A DNA stretch of 64,000 bases from Eledone cirrhosa. Lineage: Eukaryota. The notes below the pieces were generated by a model. That model was not told the DNA's origin. It ran no database searches and saw only the letters and a list, made by a program, of their open reading frames with translations. Of this stretch, positions 13,914 to 64,000 are shown piece by piece. The DNA is taken from assembly GCA_964016885.1 (NCBI GenBank), contig OZ024754.1, positions 8,680,001 to 8,744,000 of the forward strand. Reading direction: 5' to 3'. The number at the start of each line of letters is the position of its first letter. The first letter of the stretch is position 1. Made by a program: the position numbers and the translations under genes.

Positions 13914-14740
13914 TGACCAAGGCTTAGCTGGCCCTAGAGGATCCTACGAAAAGTATACGCCCTTAAACTGCTCCCTTCGCACTCTAAGCAGGCACAGACT
14001 AGGAGATATTAATTATGTGAAGTATTTGATTCTCTAAGGGAGATCCATCACTTTAGCCCTCTAGCCTAGCATTGACCAGGGTTTGGGTGGTCCTAGAGAG
14101 GTTTACGTTCTTAAACTGCTTCTTTCGCACTCTAAGCAACCACTGACTATGGTTTAGCTGGCCGAAGGATATGTGAAGTATATTCCCTCAAACTGCTTCT
14201 AGTGACCAGGGTTTAGGTGGCCGTAAGAGATACTATGGGAATTAAACACTTCACAACTGCTTCGTTTGCCATCTAACCAGGCATTGAACAGGGTTTAGCT
14301 GGCTAGGCACTGACTATGGGAAGTATACCTCCTTAAACTGCTTCAATCACCCTCTCACCTGGCATTGTCGACAGTTTAGCTGGCCTTAGCTGTTCCTACG
14401 AGAAATTTAGGTGGTAAAATGTTTATTTCGCCTGCTAGGTAAGCATTGGCCATAGATCTTATGATTAGTATACGCCTTATTTCATCTGCTGTACAGTTAC
14501 CAAAGGACAAATATAAATGCACTCCCTAACAAAAATATGAGTAAGGTACAGCGCAGCCAAATGGCAAGACTTGCCTCATAGCATGGATGACCCAAATGCT
14601 ATGTGAAGTGGATGCCCTAAAACTGCTTCTTTCGTCCTCTAATCTTGTGGCAATGAGGGTTTAGCTGGCTACAATGGGACATATACACCCTAAAGCTGGG
14701 CATCGACCAACGTTTAGAAGATCCTACAGGAGAGTTAAAG
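13914..14740 (-). repeat. Diverged copies of the same satellite monomer in inverted orientation
   Basis: Repeated AAGTATACGCCCTTAAACTGC and GACCAGGGTTTAGCTGGC motifs are the reverse complement of the monomer. Confidence 0.9.
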
Positions 14741-16363
14741 GCAGTGACAGTGGGGTTTCGTTCACATATATATTTTTTCAACAAATAATTAAAAATATAG
14801 ACTACTTACCTCCATACAGACGTCAGTCCAGCCACATTAATGACATTTATTAATAAGTTGAAGACAACGAATATGTTAACAAATGTGAATAATACATAAA
14901 CAGTTAATTAAACTGATATTTTTTATTAGTGTTCTATATGTTAATGATGGACAGGTACACTGGTTCTCAACAACACCCAGATGGGGGCATGCTGAACTTG
15001 GTGAAGGACTGGACATTTGGTGAGGAGATGGGAACAAGGCTCACTGAACTATCATGATGGAGACACAGTAAAACATATAGAATAGCACCCCAACTGCTGG
15101 ATGCCCTTTCTAATACAAACCACATTTACAATGTGGACCGTGCGCCTGATGAGATGGCACCAAGCCAACCACTTTACAATGTGAACTGAGCACTTTTGTC
15201 GTGTCACTAAAACGACCCCTTCACAAATTGGGCTGGATGTTTTTGTTGTCACCAGCACGACCACTCTGCAGGGGGGTCAGGTGCTCTTTTTGTAATGTTA
15301 CCTTAAAGAGAGAGCTAGGTGACCTTTCAGGGTGGACAAAGGTTTTAGTCACCCCAGCAGCATTGTGGGAGAATCTGTGGATGGTTGGAGAAGAAGGGCT
15401 GAACTGCTGCTACACAACTGAATAATATCTACATGTGGTAGCCTTTCACTGCTAAAATTAACAGCTATATCTCCCTCAAATTAAACTCTACTCTATATTC
15501 AGTTAACTACTAACGTATTACAAAATGTACTTCTAGATATAGAATGCCAGAAATACTAAACAACACGAGATAGTCACGGCTGGAATATCTATGAACAAAA
15601 GGTCAACTTCGTTAGTCTAACATGACAGACACCGAAAAATTAATTTCTATGAGAAAAATAATATAACACACGGCATCACCCCCAAAAAACCCACTATAAA
15701 TAAAGAAAAGAATAAATAAATGTTGTCAAAGACCCTAGACAAATACCAACACATGGAAAAAATAAATTACAGGAACTAACATTTGTATTCAAGAAGTTTG
15801 TGGTGGCTGACAACGAACTTCTATCGTTGTTGGTGGCTCGTTTTACTAAAATATAACATAACACTAATAAATGAACATGAATATAACAGCATCTTAGCTT
15901 CAATATTACCTGCGACAATGTCCTGGATGTTTTAGTTTGCCATTAAATATATTTAGAAGGAAACACCAATATTTTCTGTGTAATTAGGGGTGTGTTTGTC
16001 GTTTCACGTTTTGTTTGTAATGTTTACCTTTCCTTACTTCTATAATTAACTCCTCTCTATATATTTATATATATTCTCTTGTAAATCATATTGGTTCGAT
16101 AAACTACTTATGAACGTTGTTAATATAATATAGAAAATAAAGTTTAGTTTTATAATAATTACGTGAATGTCAGACGTCAAATTTCCCGGTCTTCATTACA
16201 ACACGTGCTACCTTTAAAAGTTAGCCACACATTCTCAGTCACATTTTCGTATTTTTGCAGTGAACAATTTTATTTCGTATAATTGATTTGGCGTAAAGTT
16301 TATTAAACACATTTCTATTTAATTATATAATTGTTACAATTGAAAATAATATCAATAAATAAC

Positions 16364-16536
16364 TGTTTCTACGTTAGGCACAAGGCTAGCAAATACCCAG
16401 TGCATTACTGGTACTTTATTTTATCGACCCCGTAAGGATGAAAGGCAAAGTCAACCTCGGCGGGATTTGAACTCGGATCGTAAAGGGACGTAACTATGCT
16501 GGAAAGCATGGCGTCCGACCCTCTACCGATACTGCC
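16364..16536 (-). mobile_element. tRNA-derived CORE-type SINE, young copy
   Basis: Minus strand has A-box TGGCAGTATCGG, B-box GAGTTCAAATCC and CORE-like TTTGCCTTTCATCC...GGGGTCGATAAAATAAAGTACC; 18-bp TSD ATAATATCAATAAATAAC on both sides. Confidence 0.9.
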
Positions 16537-16776
16537 ATAATATCAATAAATAACAAAAGTGAGAGAGCAGTGGTGGCCATATGAACTTTTATTGCGTAGA
16601 AACATCCATTATCCACAGCAGACAACTGACGAAGGAACATTTTCTCTCGTTTGTCCTTTCTTCTTATTTAAAAGTACACCTTATCCACCTACTACATAGC
16701 CCTGTTTCTTCTTTATACACACACACACACACACATATATATATACACACACTTATATATATATAAATACACACAC

Positions 16777-16817
<41 letters not shown>

Positions 16818-16989
16818 TATTTACCATAGTGTAAGTTTGGTAGAAATTTAGGTGTGGTGAATTTGGTTGTACAGAACCAGGAACTGCGACTCAGACGATT
16901 GGGATTTTGAACACGTGGGGATTTTTTTTATGCATGTATTCAACCCGTATTGCATATTACTATATGTTGCTACACGATTTATATCCAGC

Positions 16990-17420
16990 CTGTGTTGGCT
17001 GGCCATTGGTGTAGGCAGGAGTTCCTTGCTGCTGCCTTCTGGTTACCTGGATAGCAGAGTGTAAAGATGTTTCTTGAAAACATCCATGTCCACACCATGC
17101 AGATCTCTCAAGTTTTCTTGGCAGCTTATTGAAGAGTTGAGGGCCTTTGAACCCCATGCTATTGCAATATCTGCTCCTTACTCTAGATGTGAAAGACGGG
17201 ACCTTTGGCACCACACAGTGACGTCCTGTTTGGGTGTTGGTCCAGCTCTCAATGCCAAAGTTTGGTGCTATTCCCTCCAGGATCTTCCATTTGTATATCA
17301 CTGCGTATCTCTCCTGCCTTCGTTCCAAGGAGTGGAATTTCAGTCCTTTTAGCCTCTCCCAGTCACTCATCTCCTTCATTGTGGCAATCCTCTTGGTGTA
17401 GCTTCGTTGGATTGCTTCAA
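16990..17420 (-). mobile_element. CR1/L2-type LINE ORF2 C-terminal fragment
   Basis: Translation EAIQRSYTKRI...WERLKGLKFHSLERRQERYAVIYKWKIL...GPQLFNKLP matches the CR1-type C-terminal pattern (QRxxTK...ERLxxLxLxSLExRR). Confidence 0.8.
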
Positions 17421-17421
17421 T

Positions 17422-17472
<51 letters not shown>

Positions 17473-17784
17473 TGTGTGTGTGCAGGTTTCCTCTCCAATA
17501 ACAATAATAAATCAAACAGCAATGATATTCAGTTGGTCCTGTCTGCGGTGGATTACGCAGACAGGATGGTTTATTGAAATATGAATATTAGATTAAAATA
17601 GAACGACCAAACTATCAGAACATCACAGATGTGTTTAATAGTCAGAAATTTTAGAAGGCTTAAAGCAATGATTAATGTCTGTACTTTCCTGGGACAGACT
17701 TACAAACTGAACTTGGCAATATTACATTAATTCTGTCTTAGGAAAGTGTGGGGGGAGGGCAGAAAAGAGGGGATAATAATAATG

Positions 17785-18715
17785 GTTTCTGATTTAGGCA
17801 CAAGACCAATAATTTTTTGTGGGTGGGGAAAGTCGATTAAATCGACTCCAGTGTGTTACTGGTACTTTATTTTATCGACCCTGTAAGGATGATAGGCAAA
17901 GCTAACCACGGCGGGATTTGAACTCAGAACGTAAAAGGCCAGAAGAAATTCTTCAGTGCTCTACTGATTCTGCTAATCCGTAGCACCCTACATTCATTTC
18001 TAATTTAGGTACAAGGCCAGCAAATTTGGAGGAAGGGCAAAATTGATCAAATCAACACCAGTACTTTATTTTGTTGATGCTGACCTTAGTGCGATTTGAA
18101 CTAAAAAGTTTAAGAGGACAAATACCCCAAAAGAATTTTATCAGCTGCTCTAACAACTCTGCCAATCGACCACCAATAATGGGATCTAATTCAGGCACAA
18201 GACCAGCAATTTTGAGGGGAGAAAATAGTGCTAGACTAGCAAAATATTTTATCAAGCCCTTCCTCTAAGGAAAAGTGTGACCTCGGTGTGATTTCAACTC
18301 AGAATGTAAAGAGGTGTAATTTAATGCTGCAAAGCATCTAATGGCTGAACTATTCTGCAATCCCACCAATAATAATTTTCGTAATAATATTAATAATTTA
18401 TTATATAGACTTAAAAATCTAAGATTTATCTTTTAGAGAATGGTTAAGCTAGATTTTGTGACGTTCATGCCTTTACCAAGGAACTTACTGCCACAGTAAG
18501 TATATGCCATAATAATATAGGCACAAGGCCAGAAATTTGGGGGAGGTGAGAGGAAACAGTGAAATACACTGAACAGTAGTACTTTATTTTACTGACCTTG
18601 GAAAGGACAAAAAGTAAAGTTGCACTCAACAGGATTTTAACCCAGAAAGTAAAGAGGGGGAACAAATAGCACAAGGTATTTTATCCAGCACTTTAACAAT
18701 TCTGCCAATCCACTG
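17785..18715 (-). mobile_element. Four older copies of the same SINE family, head-to-tail
   Basis: AGG(C/T)ACAAG(G/A)CCA ... GGATTTGAACTCAG-like motifs start at ~17785, ~17996, ~18185 and ~18518. Confidence 0.8.
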
Positions 18716-19362
18716 CTCTCACAATAATAATGATGATGATGATGATGATGATACTTTGTTTTCAAATTAATAAATAACTATCTGTTAAAAATGAGAGATA
18801 AAAGAATACTGAAAAGGAATTTGGCTGAGATAAATCTCCATCTCGTTTAGTTTTAAGAGTTGATTAAGTAAACGGAGGAAATAAGTCTTGTTTAGGGGTT
18901 TAATGAATGAAAAAGTAGAAAAAACAAAACAAAAAAAAATAATATATATATATATATATATTTATATATTGGTGACAAAAAAAAAAAAAAAAAGGAAGAA
19001 ATGACAGTTGAATTAAAACACACTTCACAAGTATATACACACAAACCACCACAAATTAGCCACAACACCATAGTAGTTGTTGTTGTGATAATCTAAGGGA
19101 AAGCTGGCTAAATAGATCTGTAAATTAGGTGAAATTAATGCGAGAAAAAGAGAGAGAAAATGGAAAAAAACATACATATATCCAATATAAATTAAGTTAA
19201 AGTTTCTTAGGGTTCGGCAGACTAGATTTTATCCCAATTTCTTTATGAGCTGAGTGAACTGGAGCAATGTGAAATAAATTGTGTTGCTCAAGGACACAAT
19301 GCCCCGTCAGAAATGAAACACTAACCACTACGTCATGTGCCTTCAAATATACATTAAGTAAG

Positions 19363-19447
<85 letters not shown>

Positions 19448-22400
19448 TGTATCAAACTGAATCATCCGATTTTTGTATATACATATATGTAAATTGAATG
19501 ATTCTTTTGGATACAACTTGTATATATACATAGAGGTGTGCATATAAGGTTTATATATGATATATATCCTCTCACTCAAGTTTAACAGCCAGCTTAACTA
19601 ATACAAAGATGTATAAACCACCCAAATTTAATCAATCCGCAAAACTCATGCAATTATTGTTTTTCCCTTTGTAATGGCTTTTATATCCTGCTTGTTTTGA
19701 AGATTTATGTGATAAACACACTAAACATACACTGTTTAATATCTGCTATTAATAGTGACCGTTTACTTCAAAGTTTCACTGGTATTACTGGCTTATTAAA
19801 AAACAGTCTGTTTTTGTAAGCCAGTAACATCAGTGTGACTTTGAAGTAAAGCCTCCATTAAGAGCAAATTATTGTTTTTATTTATAACTTCACCCCCCCC
19901 CCCCCCGCCTAACCCCTCCCTCTCTTGAAAACGAAACATTTTATCTCCCAATCTCTTGAATTTGGAATCTAAAAAAAAAAACAACTAAAATGGAATAATG
20001 GAAACAGGAATTATTAAATTTATACATACATTATATATATAATATAATATATGAATGTATATATATAAAATAAAATGTCAGTGTTATGCTGAATGAAGTG
20101 GCCTTGTCAGACACCATAGAAGGACTTGCAATGTTTAGAAGTTACATATACCAACTTTACAGACATCCAATGTTACAAATATAATACTAGGTGAGATCTG
20201 TTGCCAAGAAAATCTTTTCTCACTGCTAACAATATTACACACGCATCGATATACATATCAACATACATATATAGAAGTATGTTGGCTTTTAATACTGAGT
20301 AGCATTCAGTTATTTGATCAACTGAATTATCTATGTATTGAATTAGCATCTGTGGCTGAGTATTCCACAGACATTTGTACCATTAATATGATTCTCAGAG
20401 AATTTGAATTACAGGTACAATTCGACAGGCTTCTGCACAGTTTCTGTCTGCCCAAATTACACTCGCAAGGCTTGGGTTGAGCTGAGGCTATGGGTAATAC
20501 ACTTGCCTAAGATGATATACAGTGGGTTCAAATCTGGGAATTCATGATCACAAAACGAACTTTTCACCATTTGACCAAACTGTCTATTTGTATGAGATAT
20601 TTGATGCGGGTAATAAGATCAAGGGAGGTAATGATGAATGTATCACTATGGCAGGTCAGATTTAGAGGTTTTGGATGGTGTTTTACAACATTAAAAAAAA
20701 AAAAGTTGGGGTTTTGTCAACATGGGAATGAAAGAGTTCCAAATTCAAGTTGTTTCATTGCTCATTTGATCCAGACATTAAAAAAATAATTTAAAGAATC
20801 ACTTAAGAATTAAAAGACAGAATAAGATCAGTTAAAGACTGGTGTTTTTTAAGTAACCAATGAAAAACTGAACATCTTCATACTAGGTTGGTTAAATTGT
20901 GTGTGTGTGTCTTTCAAATAATTAGAACACTATACATATCTTTTTTTTTCCTTTTCGAAAGAAAAAAAACAAACATTCATGAAAGAATATACTTTATAAT
21001 GAAGGAATACTTATTTGATTTAAGAAGAAAAAAAAAGAAAAAGAAAAAAACAACATAAAACCCATTTCATTAACATTTGTCACCAAGAGAAGGGACTAGA
21101 CGAAGCACACAGCCGTAAGAAAAGTTGACTTTCAATCAAGTCAAAAGTAGGGGAAGTGAGGGATGGACAAAGAAGAAGCATATATGGTTGGTGTTAAGGG
21201 TGTGATAATGTTCTATATACAATGACCATAGGAGAGATAGGGGGGGGGGGATTGGGAGGCACAGTGGCCAGAAATTAAAAAAAAAAAAAGATTTAAAATT
21301 AGAAAGAATTTCCATGGAAACTGATAGAACATCAGTTTTGTCAATGTAAGGAAAGAAGAAGTTTTAAAGAAGACGACTCTAAATCATTTTTTTTTTAACT
21401 TTCTTGTCTTTTTACTTTTTTTGTTTTTTTTTCTGATTTTTTTTTTTTTTATATATCACAGGGATTGCCTTTCTAGGTAAGACTAGTATAGAATCTGTTA
21501 CAGTTTCAGACTTGCAAGGAAGCAATTTGATCAACTTCAACTAACACATCACTGTGTCATCAAACATTTCTTTCAGTTAAAGTACTATCTCAAAAGCAAC
21601 TACACAACAAATATAGACACAGAGATGTCAAACAGTTGATAGAAGATATAAAAGACAATAAAATATATACTTGTTACACTTTTCCTATGCTATGGAAATA
21701 TTTTTTTAGAGAAAATATGCCAAGTTTTACTGTTTTCATAAATATACCAGACACAGCTTTTCTACAATAGAATGAAACATTTCTGTATAGAAATTAAAAG
21801 TAAAGCTATTTTGTTACATGTGATGGCAGTTGTCATGAATGTATTCACTCCAATAAACTAAAATAATTATCTTTCTGCCAAACACATTGTCTTACTAATA
21901 GGTAAGTAGTTCTAGATCATTTTCCCCCAGACAATGAATATATTTCTGAGTTGAATGACTGACACTGAAATAACTGACTTGATAATGATTCAATCATCAA
22001 CAGGGGCCCTGTAGAAAAAACACAACATAAATCTCATTGACCAGAAAAAAACAAAACAACAATACTTTTTTGTCAATGGCTGATTCAAAAATACAATAAG
22101 AAAGTAGAGTAGCAGGGCATAAGATTTAGTTAACTACGGAGATTAATTCAATATTTAAATTTACTGTGGCTGTAGGATTTCATTAAGTTTCAGAAGAAAT
22201 TAGGATAGAAAAGAAGAAAAAACCAGTTTAAATGCACAATCATACACATGGAACACAAATTGACAGAAATATTGACATGAAAGATAAGGGCAAGTTGGCG
22301 TTTTCAAAACTGCACTCTGCATATTGTGTGTGTGGGGTCTATCGCTAGCAAAATATCACAACCACTTGACAAAATGGACAGACAACAGCTGAAGTTAACC

Positions 22401-23156
22401 AAACAATGAAATGTTATGCTTGGGGAGGGAAGTGGTTTGTTTGGGTGTTAGGGCCCCGTTAGGTAATACTTGGTCAGAGAGAGTTAAAAATGGGGCGGAG
22501 GAAATAAAAATAAATATTCATTGAATGAAACACAAAATATGGTGGTATTGGAGAGGGTGTTAAAATAATAATAAATGTTAACAAGAACAACAAAAACAAA
22601 ACGTTCTTTAGAGTCAGGGTTGAATAACTTTGAGAAAAAAAACTTAAAAATAGAACTCAAATACTGTAGATAATTTTTTAAAAAGTCAAAGTTGGTCTTA
22701 TGAGAAATATTTTTCCTTTGTTATTTTTTTCAATTTTTCTTTTATAATATTTTAGTGGAGTTAAAACCCTCTTTGTGTGTATAATGTAATTTTAATAAAT
22801 TCGTTTTTTTGTTGAGCTCTGTTTTTTGGGAGGTGGAGGAATTGGGGAAGATTTTAAATCACATTTCTTGTTGAGGAGGAGAGGGACAAAATGTTATCAG
22901 TTCATATAATTTATATATTTTACTTTATTTTTGATATTTAAAGCTTTGTGGTTGTGTTAGTCTTTTGAATTATTTTTTTCAATTTTTTTTTTGTTGAAAT
23001 CTTTGATTCTTGAGTTGAGAGAGAAAAACTTCCCTAATTTACTATATACATCCCTTCAAACAACAGAATGAGGCTACGAAGGGAGCAATGTTTTTTTTTC
23101 AGTTGGATGTGAAATGGTGCAAGGGGAAGCAGCAGCAGCGAATTAATCCTTTATTC

Positions 23157-60303
<37,147 letters not shown>

Positions 60304-60390
60304 CTGGAAAACAAAAAAATATATATGTTTAATGTTATATAACCTCCAACTAAATAACAACAACAACAACAAAAACAACAACTGTTTTAA

Positions 60391-60584
60391 CCCTGGCTGT
60401 ATCTGGCCAGAATTCTCTCACCTCTTTCTGTTGAAACAAGCTGTAACCGGCCACTAATACTGATGTTAAGGTAGTGTTCTCAAACTAAATGATATCAAAA
60501 TCTCATAGATTCAATATTACGCGAGATAAAGCCTTTACCATGAAAGTGTAATAGTAAATATAGAGTAATGTAAATGCTAAAGGG
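60391..60584 (+). mobile_element. piggyBac-like MITE
   Basis: TTAA-CCCT...TAAATGCTAAAGGG-TTAA. Confidence 0.82.
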
Positions 60585-60944
60585 TTAAAGCCATTTTCCT
60601 AACCAAAGCAGAGGATTTTTTCTCTTGACATTTATTTCTCTAGCCATGTATAAATTTGAAATATAAAAAAGGATACATATAGGAAAAAGTATGACACACT
60701 ATTTACAAAGAAGAGAATAGAAGTTTTTAGAAATGGAATGAAGTGATTCATTATTGCAGGTGTGTTTATCAGACTAGTAAGGCCATTGAGAAGAATTATA
60801 GTAAAAAATAACTACCATCCTTTTCATGGCAGCCCTGTGAACCTTATAACAAGCTTCTCCATTTTGTATCTGGGTTAGAATGGGTACACCATATCTAGGC
60901 ATGTCATTAGAGGTGACTGAATCAGTTCAAACCCAGACATTATT

Positions 60945-61270
60945 CGCTTTGCTTTTCATTCTCATCAGAAGTGGTGATCAATAAAATAAAGTACCAGTAA
61001 CACACTGGGATCGATTTAATCGACTCCCAACCACCCCCCAAAAAAATTGTTGGCCTTGTACCTAAATGAGGAACCATTATATAGGAAGTGGATTGGCAGT
61101 ATCAGTAGAGGGTCGGACGCCATGCTTTCCAGCATAGTTACGTCCCTTTACGATCTGAGTTCAAATCCCGCCGAGGTTGACTTTGCCTTTCATCCTTACG
61201 GGGTCGATAAAACAAAGTACCAGTAATGCACTGGGTAATTGCTGGCCTTGTGCCTAAAGTAGAAACAATT
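60945..61270 (+). mobile_element. Young CORE-type SINE (~61088-61270) inserted at the tail of an older copy
   Basis: TSD ATTATATAGGAAGTG; A and B boxes present. Confidence 0.88.
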
Positions 61271-61631
61271 ATATAGGAAGTGTTTACAGCATAACTTAAG
61301 TTCTGACATAAAACTGTGACGAGAAGGTTTCTAGATAGATAAAAACAAGACTTTAAAATAAACAGTTATGTTTATTTTAAAGTCTGTTTATTTTATCTGT
61401 CTAATAGAATCATGGGTGGTTTCAGGCAGTGTGAGGTCTTACAAGGGTTAATATTGAACGATGTGAGAAATAGTAAAAGACAAAATACTATGGAGACAGT
61501 CTTGCAAGTTCAATTTCTATTAATATTTGCCAGATCAATATAAAATCAGTGACATTTTCTATAGTCATTTCTCTGATACTCTTAACATTCTAATTATTGA
61601 GGGGGGAAAAGTGTTGCCCCCCTCCCCCATC

Positions 61632-61950
61632 TCATATATATACATATATACATACGTATATATTCATATATATATATACACATATATATATATACATATA
61701 CGTATATATACACACACATATATATATACATATATGTATATATACACATATATATATACATATATGTATATATACACATATATATATATATACACACATA
61801 TATATATATATATATATACATATATATATACATATATATATATATACACATATATATATATACATATATATATACACACATATATATATACACACATATA
61901 TATATACACACATATATATATATACACACATATATATATATATATATTAT
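61632..61950. repeat. (TA)/(CA) microsatellite
   Basis: Direct reading. Confidence 0.95.
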
Positions 61951-61965
61951 ATTATTTATGTTGAG

Positions 61966-62152
61966 GGCGGTGGATTGGCAGTATCGGTAGAGGGTCAGAC
62001 GCCATGCTTTGACACAGAGTTACGGCCCTTGCCATTCTGAGTTCAAATCCCATCGAGGTTAACTTTGCCTTTCATTGTTACGGGGGTCGATAAAATAAAG
62101 TACCAGTAATACACTGGTATAATTGCTGGCCTTGTGCCTATTGTAGAAACAA
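61966..62152 (+). mobile_element. Full-length CORE-type SINE
   Basis: GGCGGTGGATTGGCAGTATCGGTAGAG...GAGTTCAAATCCC...GGCCTTGTGCCTA; TSD TTATGTTGA. Confidence 0.9.
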
Positions 62153-62322
62153 TTAGTTATGTTGATACACGGAACAAAGGCAGTACCCCAGGTTTCAAGG
62201 CCCAAATCTGACCATACCTCCAGAATACAAGAGGCATCATATTAGAGACATTTCTTCAGGTGTGTGTAGTGGATTGGCCACACATTGGCTCACAGCACAT
62301 TACCTTACTAACCAACTCTTTG

Positions 62323-63230
62323 AGGTGGTAGTGGTGCTGGTGGTGGAGAGAGTAATGGTTGTGATGAAAGTGTTGGGTTGGTAGCAGTGAGAATAGTGGT
62401 GGTGGTGGCTGGTGGTGGTGGTGGTGATTGATGGTGGCTGGTGGTGGTGGTGATTGATGGTGGCTGGTGGTGGTGGTGATTGATGGTGGCTGGTGGTGGT
62501 GGTGATTGATGGTGGCTGGTGGTGGTGGTGATTGGTGGTGGCTGGTGGTGGTGGTGATTGGTGGTGGCTGGTGGTGGTGGTGATTGGTGGTGGCTGGTGG
62601 TAGTGCTGGTGGAGAGAGTAATGGTTGTGATGAAAGTGTTGGGTTGGTAGTAGTGAGAATAGTGGTGGTGGTGGTGGTGATTGATGGTGGCTGGTGGTAG
62701 TGCTGGTGGAGAGAGTAATGGTTGTGATGAAAGTGTTGGGTTGGTAGCAGTGAGAATAGTGGTGGTGGTGGTGGTGGTGGCTGGTGGTGGTGATGGTGGT
62801 GACTAGTGGTGCTGGTGATTGGTGGTGGTGGTGGTGGCAATGGTGACAATGATGGTGGTGGTGATGGTGGTGACTAGTGGTATTGGTGGTGGTGGTGGTG
62901 ATGGTGGTGATTAGTGGTGGTGGTAGTGACAATGGTGACAGGTGGTGGTGGTGACTGGTAGTGGTGGTGGTGGTGGTAGTGACAATGGTGGCTGGTAGTG
63001 GTGATTGGTGGTGGTGGTGGCTGGTAGTGGTGACTGGTGGTGGTGGTGGTGGTGGTGGTGGTGGTGGCTGGTAGTGGTGACTGGTGGTGGTGGTGACTGG
63101 TGGTGGTGGTGGCTGGTAGTGGTGACTGGTGGTGGTGGTGGTGGTGGTGGTGGTGGTGGCTGGTAGTGGTGACAGTGGTGGCTGGTAGTGGTAGTGGTGG
63201 CAGTGGTGACTGGTGGTGGTGGTGGTTGAT
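62323..63230. repeat. (TGG)n-rich compound repeat
   Basis: Direct reading. Confidence 0.95.
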
Positions 63231-63379
63231 AATGGCCATAGGGTTTTAAAAATCTGTTGCTTTCACAGGCGGATTATTAGGAATAATTATTATAAAGTAA
63301 ATTTTTCTCCATTGTTTAGCAAAAATGATTTGAATTAATCTAGCGTCAGATGAATTTAATATGTGTGTGATTCTGCCAC

Positions 63380-63899
63380 TATCTGTATATCTGTAGTATG
63401 TGTGAGTGTGTGTGTGTGCATCTGTGCGTGTGTATGCGTGTTTATGTCAATATATCTGTATGTATGTGTGAGTGTGTGTGTGCATCTGTGCGTGTGTATG
63501 TCAATATATCTGTATGTATGTGTGAGTGTGTGTGTGTGCATCTGTGCATGTGTATGCGTGTTTATGTCAATATATCTGTATGTATGTGTGAGTGTGTGTG
63601 TGCATCTGTGCGTGTGTATGCGTGTTTATGTCAATATATCTGTATGTATGTGTGAGTGTGTGTGTGTGTGCATCTGTATGTGTTTATGTGAATATCTGTA
63701 TGTTTGAGGTGTGTGTTTGTGTAAATATATGTGTATGTATGTATGTATGTATGTATGTATGTGTCTGAGTGCCTATATGTTATCATCAACACTGAATATA
63801 AAATCTTTCTCTTTGTATATATTTTTCTCACCTCCACATTCTCCCATTGATTGATTGATTGATACATACATACATACATACATACATACATACATACAT

Positions 63900-63956
<57 letters not shown>
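63380..63956. repeat. TG-rich ~55-62-bp minisatellite followed by (TATG)/(TACA)/(CA) repeats
   Basis: Direct reading. Confidence 0.9.
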
Positions 63957-63957
<1 letters not shown>

Positions 63958-64000
63958 CTACGTGCCATTTATCTCAGCCATTCCTTAAGTTTGGTTTATT

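Noticed and set aside
16165-16210. GACGTCA, TTTCCCGG and CACGTG motif cluster as a promoter
   Set aside because: Short motifs alone cannot support a call without TSS data
62256-63239. Pro/Thr/His-rich minus-strand ORFs as a MAST 5' exon
   Set aside because: (TGG)n repeat open in all frames; no MAST-like motif or convincing splice sites

Overview
AT-rich animal genomic DNA. The CORE-type tRNA SINEs, (TA)n density and gene structure suggest a mollusc, probably a cephalopod such as Octopus (inference only). Positions 1-~11850 are a homogeneous 82-bp satellite array built from multi-kb internal duplications. Diverged monomers recur in inverted orientation at ~13914-14740, giving a foldback-like layout around a ~1.8-kb unique core. 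Positions 23157-60303 on the minus strand hold 22 in-phase coding exons (~1300 aa, 5' end outside the window) of a MAST-family kinase (DUF1908, AGC kinase, PDZ). Its introns contain SINEs, piggyBac/hAT/Tc1 MITEs, LINE fragments and mini/microsatellites. The most notable observations are: minimal type I hammerhead ribozyme folds inside palindromic, (TA)n-embedded Penelope-like remnants in MAST introns; candidate micro-exons, including a stop-containing 12-nt one just upstream of the PDZ exons; and signs that the satellite grew from an inverted-repeat arm. All coordinates were read by eye; repeat boundaries are approximate.
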